Shown piece by piece: positions 31,791-45,004 of a stretch of 64,000 bases of DNA. Position numbers and translations under genes: made by a program. Position 1 is the stretch's first letter. The number at the start of each line of letters is the position of its first letter. Under the pieces are notes generated by a model that worked only from the letters and a program-made list of their open reading frames with translations, had not been told where the DNA came from and did not search any database. The stretch is from an uncultured Thermoplasmata archaeon (GTDB lineage Archaea > Thermoplasmatota > Thermoplasmata > Lutacidiplasmatales > UBA184), in contig CAWDQP010000007.1 in assembly GCA_963804505.1 (NCBI GenBank), positions 18,788 to 82,787 of the forward strand. The letters are read 5' to 3'.

Positions 31791-34700
31791 CTAGTGCGAA
31801 ATGGCCGCCTTCGGCGTATCCTCGCCGGGCCCCGCCTCGGGCTCCTGCCACTGAGCGGCGGGAGTCGGGGGCGGCGCGCGCGGGCGGCGCAGCAGGGCGA
31901 ACAGCGCGACGAGCAGGGCGATGACCGCCAGCGCGAGCGCGATGTCGAAGCCCGTGTTGTAGGTGGACGTCCCGACGTATGAGGGCGAGCTCGAGGGAGT
32001 GAACCCGACCGACGTCCCCGCGGCCGAGCCGGCCACGGTGATCGACCCCGACCCACCCGTCAGCGAGTAACCGCTCACGCTCGCGATCGAGTAGGTCCAG
32101 GTGCCGTTCGGCTCGTAGAACGTGATCGTGGTGCCCGACGAGGTCTGCGTCACGCCGTTCACGGTGGCCGACCAGACGGTGCCGCTCGCGAGCCCGGTCG
32201 CGGAGACCGTGACCGCGTACTTGACCGTGGAGAACGCGACCGAGAGGGCGTAGTTCCCGCCCACGGTGACCGAGCCGCCGGAGGGGGACACCGTGTAACC
32301 GGTGATCCCGACGATCTGGTAGCTGTAGGTTCCGGCGACGACCGTGAAGGCGAGCGAGGTCCCGCTGGTCGACTCCTCGACCCCGTTGAAAATCGCGGAC
32401 CATTCGGTCTCCGCCGTAAGCCCCGACTCCGAGATCGTGACCGTGTACGTCGGCCCCGTGGCCGACGCGAAGGTCACGAGCAGGAGGAAGTTGCCGCTCA
32501 CGCCGACCGTTCCCGCGGACGGCGACGCCGTGTAGCCATCCACCGCTTCGACCTGGTAGGAGTACGTCCCCGATGGCACCGAGAAGGCGAGCGAGGTGCC
32601 GCTGGTCGACTCCTCGACCCCGTTGAAGATCGCGGACCAGGTGGAATCGCCCGGGAGCCCGGTCTCGTTGACCCAGACCGTGTAGCTGGTCGGGGAGGTG
32701 AACGCGATCCAGAGCGTGTAGTTCCCCGTCACGGCCACGGTCCCGTTCGCCGGGGAGACGGTGTAGCCCGCCACGCCCGGGATCTGGAACGAGTAGGTGC
32801 CTGCGGTCTCGGTGAATGCGATCGAGGTTCCCGAGGTCGACTTCTCGACGCCGCCGAAGAACGCGCTCCAGGAGGTTGAGGCGGCGAGCCCCGTCTCCTT
32901 GACCGTCACGTGGTAGGTGGCCGCAAAGGCGATCGTCTGCGCCACGGGCCCGGTCGATACCACGACCGATCCCGAGGCGGGGGTGATCGCGTAGTTGGCG
33001 ATCGCCGCGACCGTGAACCCGTAGGTTCCCGGGTACTCGACGACGGTGATCCAGGACCCGACCGTGCTCTGCGTCGCGTTCCCGACCGTCACCGACCAGG
33101 AGGTCCCGGACGCGAGGCCCGACGCGTAGAAGGTGACGAAGAACGTTCCCTCCATCGCGCCGAGGGGGTGGTAGTCCCACGTCCCGTTCGACAGGTAGTA
33201 CGGGTTCAGCACGCCGTTGGTGTACCGAGTGCCAGTCGGCCCAGTAGTTTCCGACCTCGCCCGAGCTGTTGAACTCGTTCGAGGAGGAGTTGCTGAACGC
33301 CTGGATGTGCGCCGCGCTGTAGATCGAGGTGGCGCCGTTGTTGCCGATGAAGTCGTTGAAGTAGACCCAGTTGTCGACGCCGTGCGTGATGTCGACGCCG
33401 AAACCCGGCGCAGTTGACGAACGAGCTGCCGGTGACGACGTTGCCGGAGGCGTTCGTGAGGATGTACTCCTCGAGCTCGTAGTCGTAGTAGACCGCCCAG
33501 TTCATCTGGAGCCCGACCTGGTCTTGGTACGCCTGGATGCCGGAGAAGGCGCTGCCGGTGGTGCCGTTCAGTATGATCCCGAAGTCGCCCCCGGACGCGT
33601 TGACCGACTGGACCCCGAGCACGCTCGACGAGTTGTCGTAGAGCGCGGCCGGATAACCGGTCGCCACGACGTCGTACACGGTGCTCTGGAACGTCTCGTA
33701 CGTCACGACGGCGGCCGTGGGCACGCCCCAGACGAACTGGTAGACCCAGGGCGACAGGAGGCCGCCCGACCAGGTCGCGGTGACGCCGTTCACGTGGATC
33801 CCGGTGCTGAACTCGATCCCGACCCCGATCGCGAGACCGGAAGCGACGGTCGAGTTGACCCAGCTCGTGTTCGAGCCGACCACGCCGACCCCCAGCGAGT
33901 AGCCGGAGGCGCTCGTGTTGGTGATCCGTGCCCAGCTGTCGTTCTCCTCCAGAACGCCCAGCGAGTCGTACGAGACGTTGGTGTCGTTGATCCAGAGGTC
34001 CGTCGAGTTGTCGGCCATCACGCCGAACGAATCGAGGGTGGAGTGCGTGTCCGTGACGAAGACGTAGTAGGACGGGTCGATCCAGACGCCGAGCGCTTGG
34101 TCGGACGCGGTAACGTTCACGACCGAGACCTCGAACGAACCGGAGACGTTCACGCCGATCGAACGGCCGTAGGCGTCGACGGACGACACGTTGACGAACG
34201 CCGAGTCCTCGACGTAGACACCGACATTGGTGAACTCGGAAAAGCCGGCGGCGCCCACGGTGACGACGTCGATGTACTCCGACTCGTAGGACTCCACGCC
34301 GATCGAACCGTTGGTCGCGTTCACGAACTGGACGAGCGAGGGGGCCTCGTTGTACCCGATCGCGACGCCGACGCTGTCGTTCGCGACCACGCCGTCCACG
34401 ATGACCTGCCCGTACGACTCCTCGGCGACGACGCCGACCGAGTCGTTGACGGCCGTGACGTTCAAGACGGTCGAGACCCCGTCGTCCAGCAGAAGGACCC
34501 CGTAGCCGTAGCTCGAGTTCACGAAGACGTTCTGGATCAACGAGTTGTTGCTGCCCTCGAGGACGACGCCGGGGTAGTACTCGCCCGTCCCGGTCGCGAC
34601 GTCGTACACGGTCGTGTTGTTCACGCCCAGGCCCTCGACGCCGACCGAGTCGAAGCTCGCGTTCACGGCGTAGAAGTAGAGGCCCGCGCCGAAATCCAGC

Positions 34701-37071
34701 TCGGCCCCGTACGAACCCTCGGTCGCGTTCAGCTGGGAGGTCGCGGTGTCGTTCGTCCAGAAGGTGACCAGCCCCGCCGAGTCGTACGTGGCATTGAGCT
34801 GGAAGAACTCGCTGCCGTACCCTCCCTCGTCCAGGACGTCCGCGGCGAATTCAAAAGCGGAAACGTTGTCCGCGAAGGCGAACGGCGACGCCGACAGGGT
34901 GAGGCCGACCGCGCCGAGGGCCGCCACTGAATCGATAAGGCCGGTGAACGGAGAGTCGGAGGCCCACAGCCCGTACGAGTCGTAGAGGCTCGTGAGGTTG
35001 AAGGCGAACGCATCGGTGACGTTCCAGAGCGCGACGGCGCCGCCGCCCGCGGTCCCGGCGGCAGGAAGTAGCCGGGGAGGAGGAGGTTCTCGAAGACAGG
35101 GGACGGGCTGGACCAGACGGCGATCTCGTCCCCGAAATCGGGCAGGTTCTCCCCCGAGCCGTTGTAGTCGGGGGCGTAGTAGGTGTCGCCGTTCGGGGCG
35201 TCACCGCCCTGGGTGATGTTGCTGACGACCAGCGTGGCCGTCAGGTTGTACACCCACAGGAGGTCGAACGTCGGGAAGTCGTAGTCGTTGACGTGGTTGA
35301 ACGTCTGGTTGACGGAGACGTTCAGGTTGTAGAACACGTACGGCAGGGAGGTCTCGTCCATGGTATCGAGGGCGAGCTCGGCCGCCTGCGCATCCCCGTT
35401 CATGTAGAGCGGCGCGTTCCAGGTCCCCGGCGACGATTCGAGCTCGATCATCTCGGCGTTCACCGCGCCCTCGAAGGTCGCGTTGAGCTCCGAGAAGCCG
35501 TCGGCGAAGACGGTCAGGTTGAACACGACGGACGGCGGGAGCCACGTGATGACGGTCCCGTTCACCGCGGAAGGAGCGTAGCTGAGGTTGGTGGTGTTCG
35601 TCCCGTAGAGGCCGATGAAGGCGAACGCGTACAACGGGTCGAGGTGCCCGACGAAGGGCACTTTACCGCTCGGTACGCTGTAGGTGGTGTTCCAGAGACC
35701 GTAGAGGATCGAGGGACCCTGGCTCACGGACTCGGTCGTGCCGGACCAGGTGCCCGCCATGCCGATGGCGGTCTCGCCCGTGTCGGTTCCGTAGTCGTAG
35801 GCCGAGGGGGCGGGGTCCCAGGCGGACCCGTTCAAGAAGGCGAGGGAAAGGTTGCCCGACATCGAAGAGATCTCCGCGTTCGAGCCGCCGCCCGGCCCTC
35901 CGAAGACGAGCTCGGCGTCGTCCAGCAGGAAGTTGTCGGGCGCGAGGTTGAACCCGGTGATGAAGTACTCCGGGGTCAGCAGGGGGTCGAGGACCGTCGG
36001 CTGGGAGTTGAACACCACGGTGTCGTAGACGCCCGTGAACACGGTCGCGCCCTCGACGATACGGTATCCGAAGGTGAGCGCGGACCGCCCGTCGATGATC
36101 GAGGCGTTGTTGTACAGGTCGATCGTTAGGGGGAAGGAGAGCGGAAGGGTCGGGCCGTAGTCGTAGTAGAGCTCGCCCGGGACGAGGACACCACTACCGG
36201 AGTAGATGGTCCCGTATTCCATGGCCGCGCCGGGGGAGGAGAGGTTCCATACGTTGTCGATGAACTGAATCGTGCTTCCGGAGAAATCGAGTACGTTCTG
36301 GGTCCAGAACGCCCCGGTGTCCGATCCCGGATAGGAAACGTTGTTGAGGACCGTGTTGAGCTGCACGCCCGACTGCCACGGCGTGACGACGGCGTTCGGG
36401 CTGAGACCGTCCCAGTAGTACGCGCCGGTCGTCTCGTAGGTGGTGCCCGCGGTCGCGTTGTACCCCGAGAGCTGGAGGCCCCCGGCGACGCCCTGCGTGT
36501 AGACACTGTACGGGCCGTCGGCGCCGAGTCCGAAGTCCGCGATCCCCATCGGTGCGGGAGAGACGGTGACGAGCGGGCTCACGGCCTGGCTCGGGGTCGC
36601 AACGTGCTCGTTCAGGAGCGAGAGGCTGGGTAGATAGGCCGCGGAGGCGGGGATCTGGCCGTCCGCGATCGATTGGCCGACGCTCGAGACCCAGGCAGGG
36701 GTCGAGGGGGATACGTCGGTCGAGGCATCGGAGGCGCCGAGCAGTGGGCTCGCGCCCTCGGAACGGGCGCTGAGCGACGCCGCGGGGGACGCGTAGAGAC
36801 CGCCGTTGAAGCCTGACGCGTCCGAGAGGAGGGACGCTGCGTTCGCCGGGCCCGCGGGCGAGTTCGTGAGCGACGACGGCACGAGGCTCGGGAGGTGCAT
36901 CGAGCCCGCGCCACCGGTCGTCGCCGAAGCGGACAGGGAGGCCGAGAGGGACGCCGACGAAGCGCTCCGCGCCGCGAGGAGTCCACCCGCCGGGGAGAGC
37001 ATCAGGGCGCAGACGACTAAGACGATCGGCAGCAGCCATACGCGATTTCGCACAGACGGCAGACTGGTCAT
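31791..37071 (-). CDS. Large thermopsin-family (A5) protease with a beta-helix region, GLP-type repeats and a C-terminal TM anchor (frameshifts ~35070, ~33400, ~33230)
   Basis: PAPMGIADFG, VQLNTVL, FWTQNV, FIDNVWNLS, DAELVFGGPGGG, SAYDYGTDTGET. C-terminal TM followed by RRPR. Confidence 0.85.
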
Positions 37072-37190
37072 ACGAGCCGGGGACCATGTACCCTCGTATA
37101 AGAAAGTTGCTTGGCTCTTCGAGGTCCCGAGTACCGAACCTTGGGGGAGCGGGCCCCCGGCGGTGGGGTTCGCTTCGGGGATCCGCCGGC

Positions 37191-39953
37191 TCACTTGGCG
37201 AACCGGTGCTCCATGACGTACGGGAGCACGCCACCCGTCCGGTAGTATTCGAGTTCCGTGCTCGAATCGGATCTCGACCACCGCCGCGAACTTCTTCGCC
37301 GTCCCGTTCGCGGGCGTCGCAGCGACCTCTACCGAAGCACGCGGGGCCAGCGCGCCGCCCGAGGCGATCCTGAGGTCGTACGATTCACGACCCGTGAGCC
37401 CGAGAGACCGCCACCCCTCGCCGCGGGGAAACGCCAGCGGCAGGACCCCCATCTCGATGAGGTTGCTCCGGTGGATCCGCTCGTAGCTCTCGGCGATCAC
37501 GGCGCCGACGCCGAGGAGGCGCGGGCCCTTGGCCGCCCAGTCGCGCGAGCTGCCCTGCCCGTAGCTCTTGCCGGCGAACGCGAGAAGGGGAACCCGTTCC
37601 GCTCGGTACCGCTCCGCGGCGGCGAAGATCGTCATCGGCTCGCCTGACGGAAGATGGGTGGTGTAGCCGCCCTCGCGTGGCGCGACGAGGGCGTTGGCGA
37701 GACGGACGTTCGCGAACGTGCCGCGGATCATCACCTCGTGGTGGCCCCGTCGTGACCCGTAGGTATTGAAATCGCGCGGCGCCACGCCGCGCCCGACGAG
37801 GTACTCGCCCGCGGGGGACGCCTCGGGGATCTCCCCCGCCGGCGAGATGTGGTCGGTCGACACCTTGTCGCCGAGGACGACCAGCGCCCGGGCCCCCTTC
37901 ACCAGATCGCCGCCGCGGGGCAGAAGGGGCGGTGGCAAGGCGAGGTACGGGGCTTCCGCGAGGTAGGTCGACTCCGCCGACCACGGATACCGGACCCCCT
38001 CCGGGGCGTGAAGGCCCTCCCAATGGGCGTCGCCCACCTCGATCGACCGGTACTTTTCGCGGAACATGCCGGGGTCCAGGCTGCTGGCGACGAGACGGGC
38101 GACCTCCCCCGGCGTCGGCCAGAGATCGCTCAACAGGACCGGGGCACCGTTCGCACCGTGCCCCAGCGGTTCCTGCGCCAGGTCGACGTCGATGCGCCCC
38201 GCCAGGGCGTAGGCGACCACCAGCATCGGGGAGGCGAGGTAGTTGGCACGGACCTGCTGGTGGATGCGTGCCTCGAAGTTCCGGTTGCCGCTCAGGACCG
38301 CGGCGACGAACAGGTCGTGCTCCCGCACGGAGTCGCCCACGCCGGGGGCCAGCGGTCCGGAGTTCCCGATGCAGGTAGTGCAGCCGTAGCCGACGACGCC
38401 GAACCCGAGGGCTGTCAGCTCCCGGAGCAGCCCGGCCTTCTCGAGGTAATCGGTAACGACCTTCGATCCGGGGGCGAGCGACGTCTTGACGTGCGCCGGC
38501 ACGGTCAGGCCGAGTTCCCGGGCTCGCTTTGCGATCAACCCGGCCCCGATCATCACCGTGGGATTGGAGGTGTTCGTGCAGCTGGTGATCGCCGCGATCA
38601 CAACGGAACCGTCGTCGACGGCCGACGGTCGACCGCCCGGAGGACCCTCGCCGGGCCGGTTGAGTTCCCCGTTGAACGGCCGCAACGGGTCGTCGGAAGG
38701 GTAGGCTCGCGCGGCGGCGCCTTCGGAAGGACGCGGGTGGGCCTCGCGATACTGGGCGAGGGCGCCGCGGAACGAGCTCGAAACCTCGGCGAGCGGTACG
38801 CTCTCCTCGGGGTTCCGCGGGCCGGAGACGGTCGGCACGATCCGTGACAGGTCGACGGTCACGAGGTCGTCGTAGTCGATCGCGCCCGACGCGGGAGCCC
38901 CCCAGAGTCCGAGGGCGCGGGCGTACGCTTCCACCCGCGCCACGACCGCGCGGTCACGGCCACTGGCGCGAAGGTACTCGAGGGTCGCCTCGTCGACGGG
39001 GAACAGCGCGGCCGTCGCCCCGTACTCGGGGCACATGTTCGAGACGGTGGCGCGGTCGGGCACCGAGAGCGACCGGACGCCGGTCCGAAGAACTCCACGA
39101 ACTTGTCGACGACGCCCTTCTCGCGGAGGCGACGGGTGACCGTGAGGACGAGGTCGGTGGCGGTGGTGCCGGTCGGCAGGGAGCCGGTCAGCTCGACCCC
39201 GACGACCTCGGGACGCGCGAGGAAGTACGGCTCCCCGAGCATCACGGCCTCGGCCTCGATCCCGCCGACACCCCATCCGAGCACCGAGAGGCCGTTGACC
39301 ATGGTCGTGTGCGAATCCGTCCCGATGACCGTGTCGGGGTAGGCGACCGGGGCCGACGGGTCGCCCCCGAGCGCGACGACGGAAGCGAGGTACTCGAGAT
39401 TGACCTGGTGGCAGATCCCGTTCCCCGGCGGGACGACCCGCAGGTTGGAGAACGATGCCTTGGTCCACTGGAGGAAGCGGTACCGCTCCGAGTTCCGCTC
39501 GTACTCCCGGTCGAGGTTGAGCACGACGGATCGCGGAGAGTTGTAGCTGTCGACCTGGACGGAATGGTCGACCACGAGGTCGACCGGTACGACCGGGTTG
39601 ATGCGCTCGGGAGGGACGTGTCCGCGGGCCGCGGCGTCTCGGAGCGTGGCCAGGTCGACGATCACCGGGATGCCGGTGAAGTCCTGCAGCAGCACGCGTT
39701 CCGGGTAGAACGGAAGCTCGACCGACCGCGCGGCGGGTTCGCGGTGCGCGAGCGCGACGAGCGAGCCCACGTCGATCGAATCGGAACGATAGTGCCGGAG
39801 GACGTTCTCGAGGATCAACTGCACGGTCCGGGGCGTGCGAGCGAGTCGCGCGGGGTCCACACCCTTCAAGCGGCTCACCCGATAGACGGTCGCGGGGGTC
39901 GACCCCCCGAGGGGCAGCGGCTCCGTCACGCTCAGCGGGTCGTGGAGGCTCAT
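37191..39953 (-). CDS. acnA: Aconitate hydratase A (frameshifts ~39085 and ~37250)
   Basis: RVLLQDFTG, DHSVQVD, GICHQVNLEYL, DSHTTM, ITSCTNTSNP, GCTTCIGNSG, GSSRDWAAKG. Confidence 0.95.
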
Positions 39954-40969
39954 GGGCCGTCCAGCCTCGGGGGCCTCTTGGGCTCTTTGGCCGTGCCGGG
40001 CAGCCTCGTTCCCTCGCGCACGGGCTCGGACCGGTCCCAGGTCAGTCGGCCGACCGCCCCGACCGGCGACTCGGCCGAGAGCGACGCTTCGACCCGCTGA
40101 CCTCCGGGGCCCTCCAGGACGATCAGCGCGCGGCGGCCGGTCGAGCCAGTAGCGACGACGGTGAACAGCGGACCCGGGCCGGGTCCCGGGGCGAGCCGGA
40201 GATCTTCCGGATGGACCGCCACGGTCCCGTCCGGACCGGCCAGGACGTTGTAGCCGAGGAACCGAGCGGCCCGGGCCGTCCCGGGGTGAGCGGTACAGCT
40301 CCGGAGGGGTCCCGGTCGCTTCCAGCTCTCCCCCGAACAGAAGGGCCACGCGGTCACCGAGGAACAGCCCCTCGTCGCGGTCGTGGGTGACGTGGATCGC
40401 GGCCGTGCCGGACGCCCGCAGCGCCGCGCGGAACTCGGTCCGCAGCGTGGCCTTGACCTCGACGTCGACGGACGCGAACGGCTCGTCGAGCAGGACGAGG
40501 CGCGGCCGGGCGGCCAGCGTCCGGGCGAGCGCCGTGCGCTGCCGTTCGCCGCCGGAGAGCTCGGCCGGGCGGCGGTCGAGGAGCGGCTCGAGCGAGAGCA
40601 GCGCGGCCAGTCGGCCGACCTCCGCGCGGACCTCTCGGTCCGGGCGTCGCTGGAGGAGCGGCGCGTACGCGACGTTCTCAAAGACGGTCCGGTTGGGAAA
40701 GAGGGCGGGGTCCTGGAAGAGGAGTCCGATCTTCCGTCGGTGGGGCGGCGTGCCCCGCAGGTCCGCCCCGTCCAGCCGGATCGAACCTTCCGCGGTCCGC
40801 TCGAAGCCGGCGATCGCGCGCAGCAGCGTGGACTTGCCGGCCCCGTTCGGGCCCATGAGCGCGAGCAGCTCCCCCTCCGCCACCGCGAGGTCGACGCCCC
40901 GCACGACGGGTTCGCCGTCGAAGTTCACGCGGAGGCCCCGGACCTCGAGGAGGGGGTCCTAGCGGTCAC
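39950..40969 (-). CDS. ABC transporter ATP-binding subunit (thiamine; frameshifted)
   Basis: GPNGAGKST, LSGGERQR, LLDEPF, VTHD. Confidence 0.85.
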
Positions 40970-42612
40970 GGAGCCTCCCGAAGAGGGCGATCCCGAGGAA
41001 GACGGCCAGGCTCACCACGAGCAGCAGCGCGGCCGCCCCGTCGCTCGCGTCGCTGAACCGCAGCTGCTGGAGCTCGTACGCGGCCACGCTGAGGGTCGTG
41101 TACTGGGTCGTGACCAGGAAGTTGGTCGCCGTGAACTCGCCGAACCCGATCGCGAACGCGAAGAGGCCCGCGACCAGCAGCCCGCCGGCGGCGAACGGCA
41201 TGTCCGCGTCCCAGAACGCCTGCCAGCTCGAAGCGCCCAGGGCGCGGGCGGAGTCGTTCGCCGCGCGGGGAAGACCGAAGAGCGGGATCTCGAGGCTCTG
41301 CATCACGAACGGCAGGGCCAGGGTCGCCTGGCTCACCGCGATCAGGATCCAGACCATCGCCTCCCCCCCGAGGAATGGCCGCCAGAACTGGGCGAGCGCG
41401 AACGCGAGCAGAACGGGCGAGATGAGGAGCGGCAGGAAGAGGTAGGCCGTGAGCGGTCGGCCGAGCTCGGGGCGCGTCCTCAGGGCCACGCCGGCGACCA
41501 GCGCGAGCACGAGAGCGATGGCTGCGGCGAGCACCGCGAACCCGAAGGTGTTGCCGATCACGCCCGCGACGGAGAGGCCGAGGGCATTCGCGGTCCGGCT
41601 TCCCGCGAGGTCGGACCACGGTCCGCCGAACCCTTCCCGGCCGCCGGGAACGAACGACCGGTAGAGCACGGCCCCCAGCACGACGGCCACGCCGGCCCAG
41701 ACGGCCGTGCTCACCGCCGCCAGAGCGTAAGCGACCGGACCCCCTCGCGGGTACGTCGGTCGCGGGCGTCGCGCCGGCCAGCCGAACCCCGAGAGACGTC
41801 GAGCGACCACGATGTAGGCAACCGTGGGAAGAAGGAGGAGGAGGACCATCGCCAGCGCAAGCAGGCTGGCCCCGGTCGCGTCGAGCTGCGTGAAGTCGAG
41901 GATGTACACCTGGGCTTCCAGCGTGTAGCAGCGGGGCGAGCCGCAGAGGATGATCGGCGCGGCGAACGCCAGCGCGGAGAAGATGAACGTCAGCAGCGCT
42001 CCGGCGGTCGCGCCGCGAAGCGACGGTCCCGCCCACACGTCGCGGTACGCCCGGGCGGGGGTCCCGCCCAGGGTCGCGACGCTCTCTTCGAGGGCGCTGG
42101 GCGCGCTCTCGCAACCGAGGGCGGTGAACAGGACCACGAGCGGCACGTTGAACACCAGATTGACCGCGACGATCGCCGGTACCCCGTGGCCGAACCAGCC
42201 GAGGGCCGGCCAGGTGCCGGAGAGGAGACCGCCCGGCCCGAACAGGTCCACGACGGCGAGGACGACCACCAGGCTGGGCAGGAGGAACGGCACGAGGACG
42301 AGGGCCCGGACGAGCGAGCGCCCCGGCCAGCGAATACCGGGCGAGGTAGATCCCGGAGGGATACCCCAGCGCGAACGCAAAGGCGGCGCTGAGACCCCCT
42401 TGGACGGCCGAGTTCCGCAGGGCGTCGAGGTCGGCGCCCCGGTCGACGACCCCGAAGAATCCGGCGACACCACCCCCCTGCTCGAGCCCGGTCGCAAAGA
42501 GGATCGCGACCGGAACGAGCGCGAACAGAAGGACGAACGCCAGGATCGGCCACAGGTAGACGGTCTCCGCCCACCTCCGCGCGCGGGCTACGACTCCCCG
42601 AGGCTCTCCCAT
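40959..42612 (-). CDS. ABC transporter permease, ThiP/FbpB-type with a duplicated domain (frameshift ~42340)
   Basis: Multiple TM helices and two EAA-like loops (LEESVATLG, DSARALGA). Confidence 0.85.
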
Positions 42613-43756
42613 GTCGTTTGCCATTGGGTCAGGTTCGCCGCGACCTCGGCCGGGGTTTCGCCCTCGAGGTATCGGTTGAGCGGGGTGATGGAGGCCGGCG
42701 GGATCAACGGGTCGTAGACCGCCGGGAGCGGCACGGTCGCGTTCGCGGGGTACTCCCATTCGTTGAGCGGGAGCTCGGACTGCACCGAGCCGTTCAGGAA
42801 GTAGTTAATGAACTCCTGGTCGAGGGCGAGGTGGTGCGTTCCGGCGACGATCCCGATCCCGTAGATCGTCTCCCAGCTGTAGAGCGCGTCGTCCCAGAGG
42901 CTCACGGTCGTGTTGAAGAAGTTCCCCTCGCCGTAGTAGACCGCGGACGCCGGGTCGGTGGTGTAGCTGACGACCAGCGGGGTCGTCCCCAGCTCGACGA
43001 AGTCGGTGTTGAACGCATTGCTCCAGGTCCCGGCGTCCGTCGCGGTGGGCAGGACCGCCTTCCAGAAGTCGGTCCAGTTCTCGTGCAGGACGTGCTCGTA
43101 GAACTCGACGGTCCAGGCGAGGAACTCCTCGCCGGTGATGTCGGTGAGCGGGTCCTCGTACGCCAGCCCCCGGGCCCAAGTGGCGTTGGTCGTGAAGTTC
43201 ACGAGGGACGAGTTGCCGATCGCGCCGCCGGTCGAGTTCCCGAAGGTATGGGTGTAGTCGATCCCGAGGTACCCGGTACTCGTAGGGCGTGACGTAGTGG
43301 TCCGGTGACAGGTAGTCGACGACCGAGCTGTTGACGGACGCGAGCTGCGGGGAGACGTAGGGTACGAGCAGTCCGAGCGCCTCGGCCTGCGGAGCCGTCA
43401 GCTCGTCCAGCCCGATCACGAGGTCGGCGGACGGGGAACTCGCCTGGGCCTCGAGCGTCTGGACGAGCGTGCCGCTCGGGCAGTCGACCTGGATCGGGGG
43501 GATGCCGTGCGCGGCGGAGAAGTTGGCGAGGATCCCCTCGAGCGGCTGCCCTCCGCAGCTGACGGAGCCCAGGAGCCCGGGATAGGTGTAAATGACCAGC
43601 GGCGCGGGTCCCGTGTGGGCCCGGTAGGTACTGGTAAGCGCCGATCGCGCCCACGACGACCACCACGGCGATGGCGACCGCGACCACGGCGCGGCCCCAC
43701 CGGCCGGGCCGACGAAGGCGGCGGACGCTCGGAGGATCGACCGGGTCTCCGCTCAT
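42588..43756 (-). CDS. Thiamine ABC transporter substrate-binding protein (several frameshifts)
   Basis: N-terminal TM, LVIGLD, VVSYTTDPA, Q..LPLNEWEYPAN. Lies downstream of the TPP riboswitch. Confidence 0.8.
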
Positions 43757-43794
43757 CCCTCCGCAGGGCCGGCGGAGAGGTTTCTCAGCGCGTG

Positions 43795-43890
43795 CATTGC
43801 GTTCCCTTCGCGGGCATTATCCCGTGCAGGTTCCTGGGGTCGACGAGGCGAACCTCGTCCTCTCAGCCGGTTCCGAGCTCCCCCTGCATC
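43795..43890 (-). ncRNA. TPP (thi-box) riboswitch
   Basis: Minus strand reads GGGG..CTGAGA..ACCC..ACCTG..GGATAATGCCCGCGAAGGGA, the TPP consensus, directly upstream of the binding-protein gene. Confidence 0.93.
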
Positions 43891-43986
43891 CTACGTCAGA
43901 CGGGAGCGTGATAAAACGTCACGCGGACCCGGCGGGGCGTCCGGCTTATACTGACTCCGTGCCTAGCACACCCCGAGGGAACCACC

Positions 43987-44979
43987 GTGCCCGACCCGAT
44001 CGAGAAGCTGCGCTTCGGGACCGAGCTCCTGAAGCGGGGCTTCGCCCGCATGCAACAGGGCGGCGTCATCATGGACGTCACCACCGCCGAGCAGGCCGCG
44101 CTCGCCGAGGAGGCGGGCGCCGTGGCCGTGATGGCGCTCGAGCGGGTCCCTGCCGACATCCGGGCCGCGGGCGGCGTCGCGCGGATGGCCGACCCGAAGA
44201 GGGTCCGCGAGATCCGCGAGCGCGTGAGCATTCCGCGTGATGGCGAAATGCCGCATCGGCCACACGGCCGAGGCGCGGATCCTCGAGTCGCTCGGCGTCG
44301 ACATGATCGACGAGTCGGAGGTCCTGACCCCCGCGGACCCGTTCGGCCACGTCGACAAGAAGCAGTTCAAGGTCCCGTTCGTCTGCGGCGCCCGCAACCT
44401 CGGCGAAGCGCTCCGTCGCATCGACGAGGGCGCGGCGATGATCCGCACGAAGGGCGAGGCGGGCACCGGCAACGTCGTCGAGGCGGTCCGCCACATCCGG
44501 CAGATCGCGAGCGAGGTCGAGGAGGTCAACAAGCTCCCGAAGCGGGAGCTCGGCGCCTGGGCCAAGAAGGAGCGGGTCCCCGAAGCGCTCGTCCAGGAGG
44601 TCCGCACGCTCGGGCGGCTCCCCGTCGTCAATTTCGCCGCGGGCGGCATCGCCACCCCGGCCGACGCCGCCCTTTGCCGACTGCTCGGGCGTGGACGGCG
44701 ATCTTCGTCGGCAGCGGGATCTTCAAGGCGCAGCATCCGATGAAGGTCGCCCGCGCGATCGTCGAGGCGTCGCTCCACTACGACGACCCCGCGGTTCTCG
44801 CGCGCGTCTCCACCGGCCTGGGCGAGCTGATGCACGGACTCGAGATCGCCGCCCTCCCGGCCGAGGCGATGTTCCAGGTCGCGGGAGTCCGCCCCGATCA
44901 CCGGGGGCACGAACCGACCGGACACCGCCCCGGCGTGACCCCGCCGGACCGGTCGTTCCGCCTCCGCCGATGGCCGTAA
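43987..44979 (+). CDS. pdxS: Pyridoxal 5'-phosphate synthase lyase subunit (frameshifts ~44235, ~44685; end uncertain)
   Basis: [52 protein letters not shown]. Confidence 0.95.
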   Translation: MPDPIEKLRFGTELLKRGFARMQQGGVIMDVTTAEQAALAEEAGAVAVMALERVPADIRAAGGVARMADPKRVREIRERVSIPRDGEMPHRPHGRGADPRVARRRHDRRVGGPDPRGPVRPRRQEAVQGPVRLRRPQPRRSAPSHRRGRGDDPHEGRGGHRQRRRGGPPHPADRERGRGGQQAPEAGARRLGQEGAGPRSARPGGPHARAAPRRQFRRGRHRHPGRRRPLPTARAWTAIFVGSGIFKAQHPMKVARAIVEASLHYDDPAVLARVSTGLGELMHGLEIAALPAEAMFQVAGVRPDHRGHEPTGHRPGVTPPDRSFRLRRWP

Positions 44980-45004
44980 TACCGAACCGCCGGTAGCCTC
45001 GGCC

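Noticed and set aside
34729-39468. Aconitase-thermopsin fusion ORF (1579 aa)
   Set aside because: An indel near the acnA 3' end bypasses its stop at 37191, and the thermopsin has its own ATG and signal peptide at 37071.
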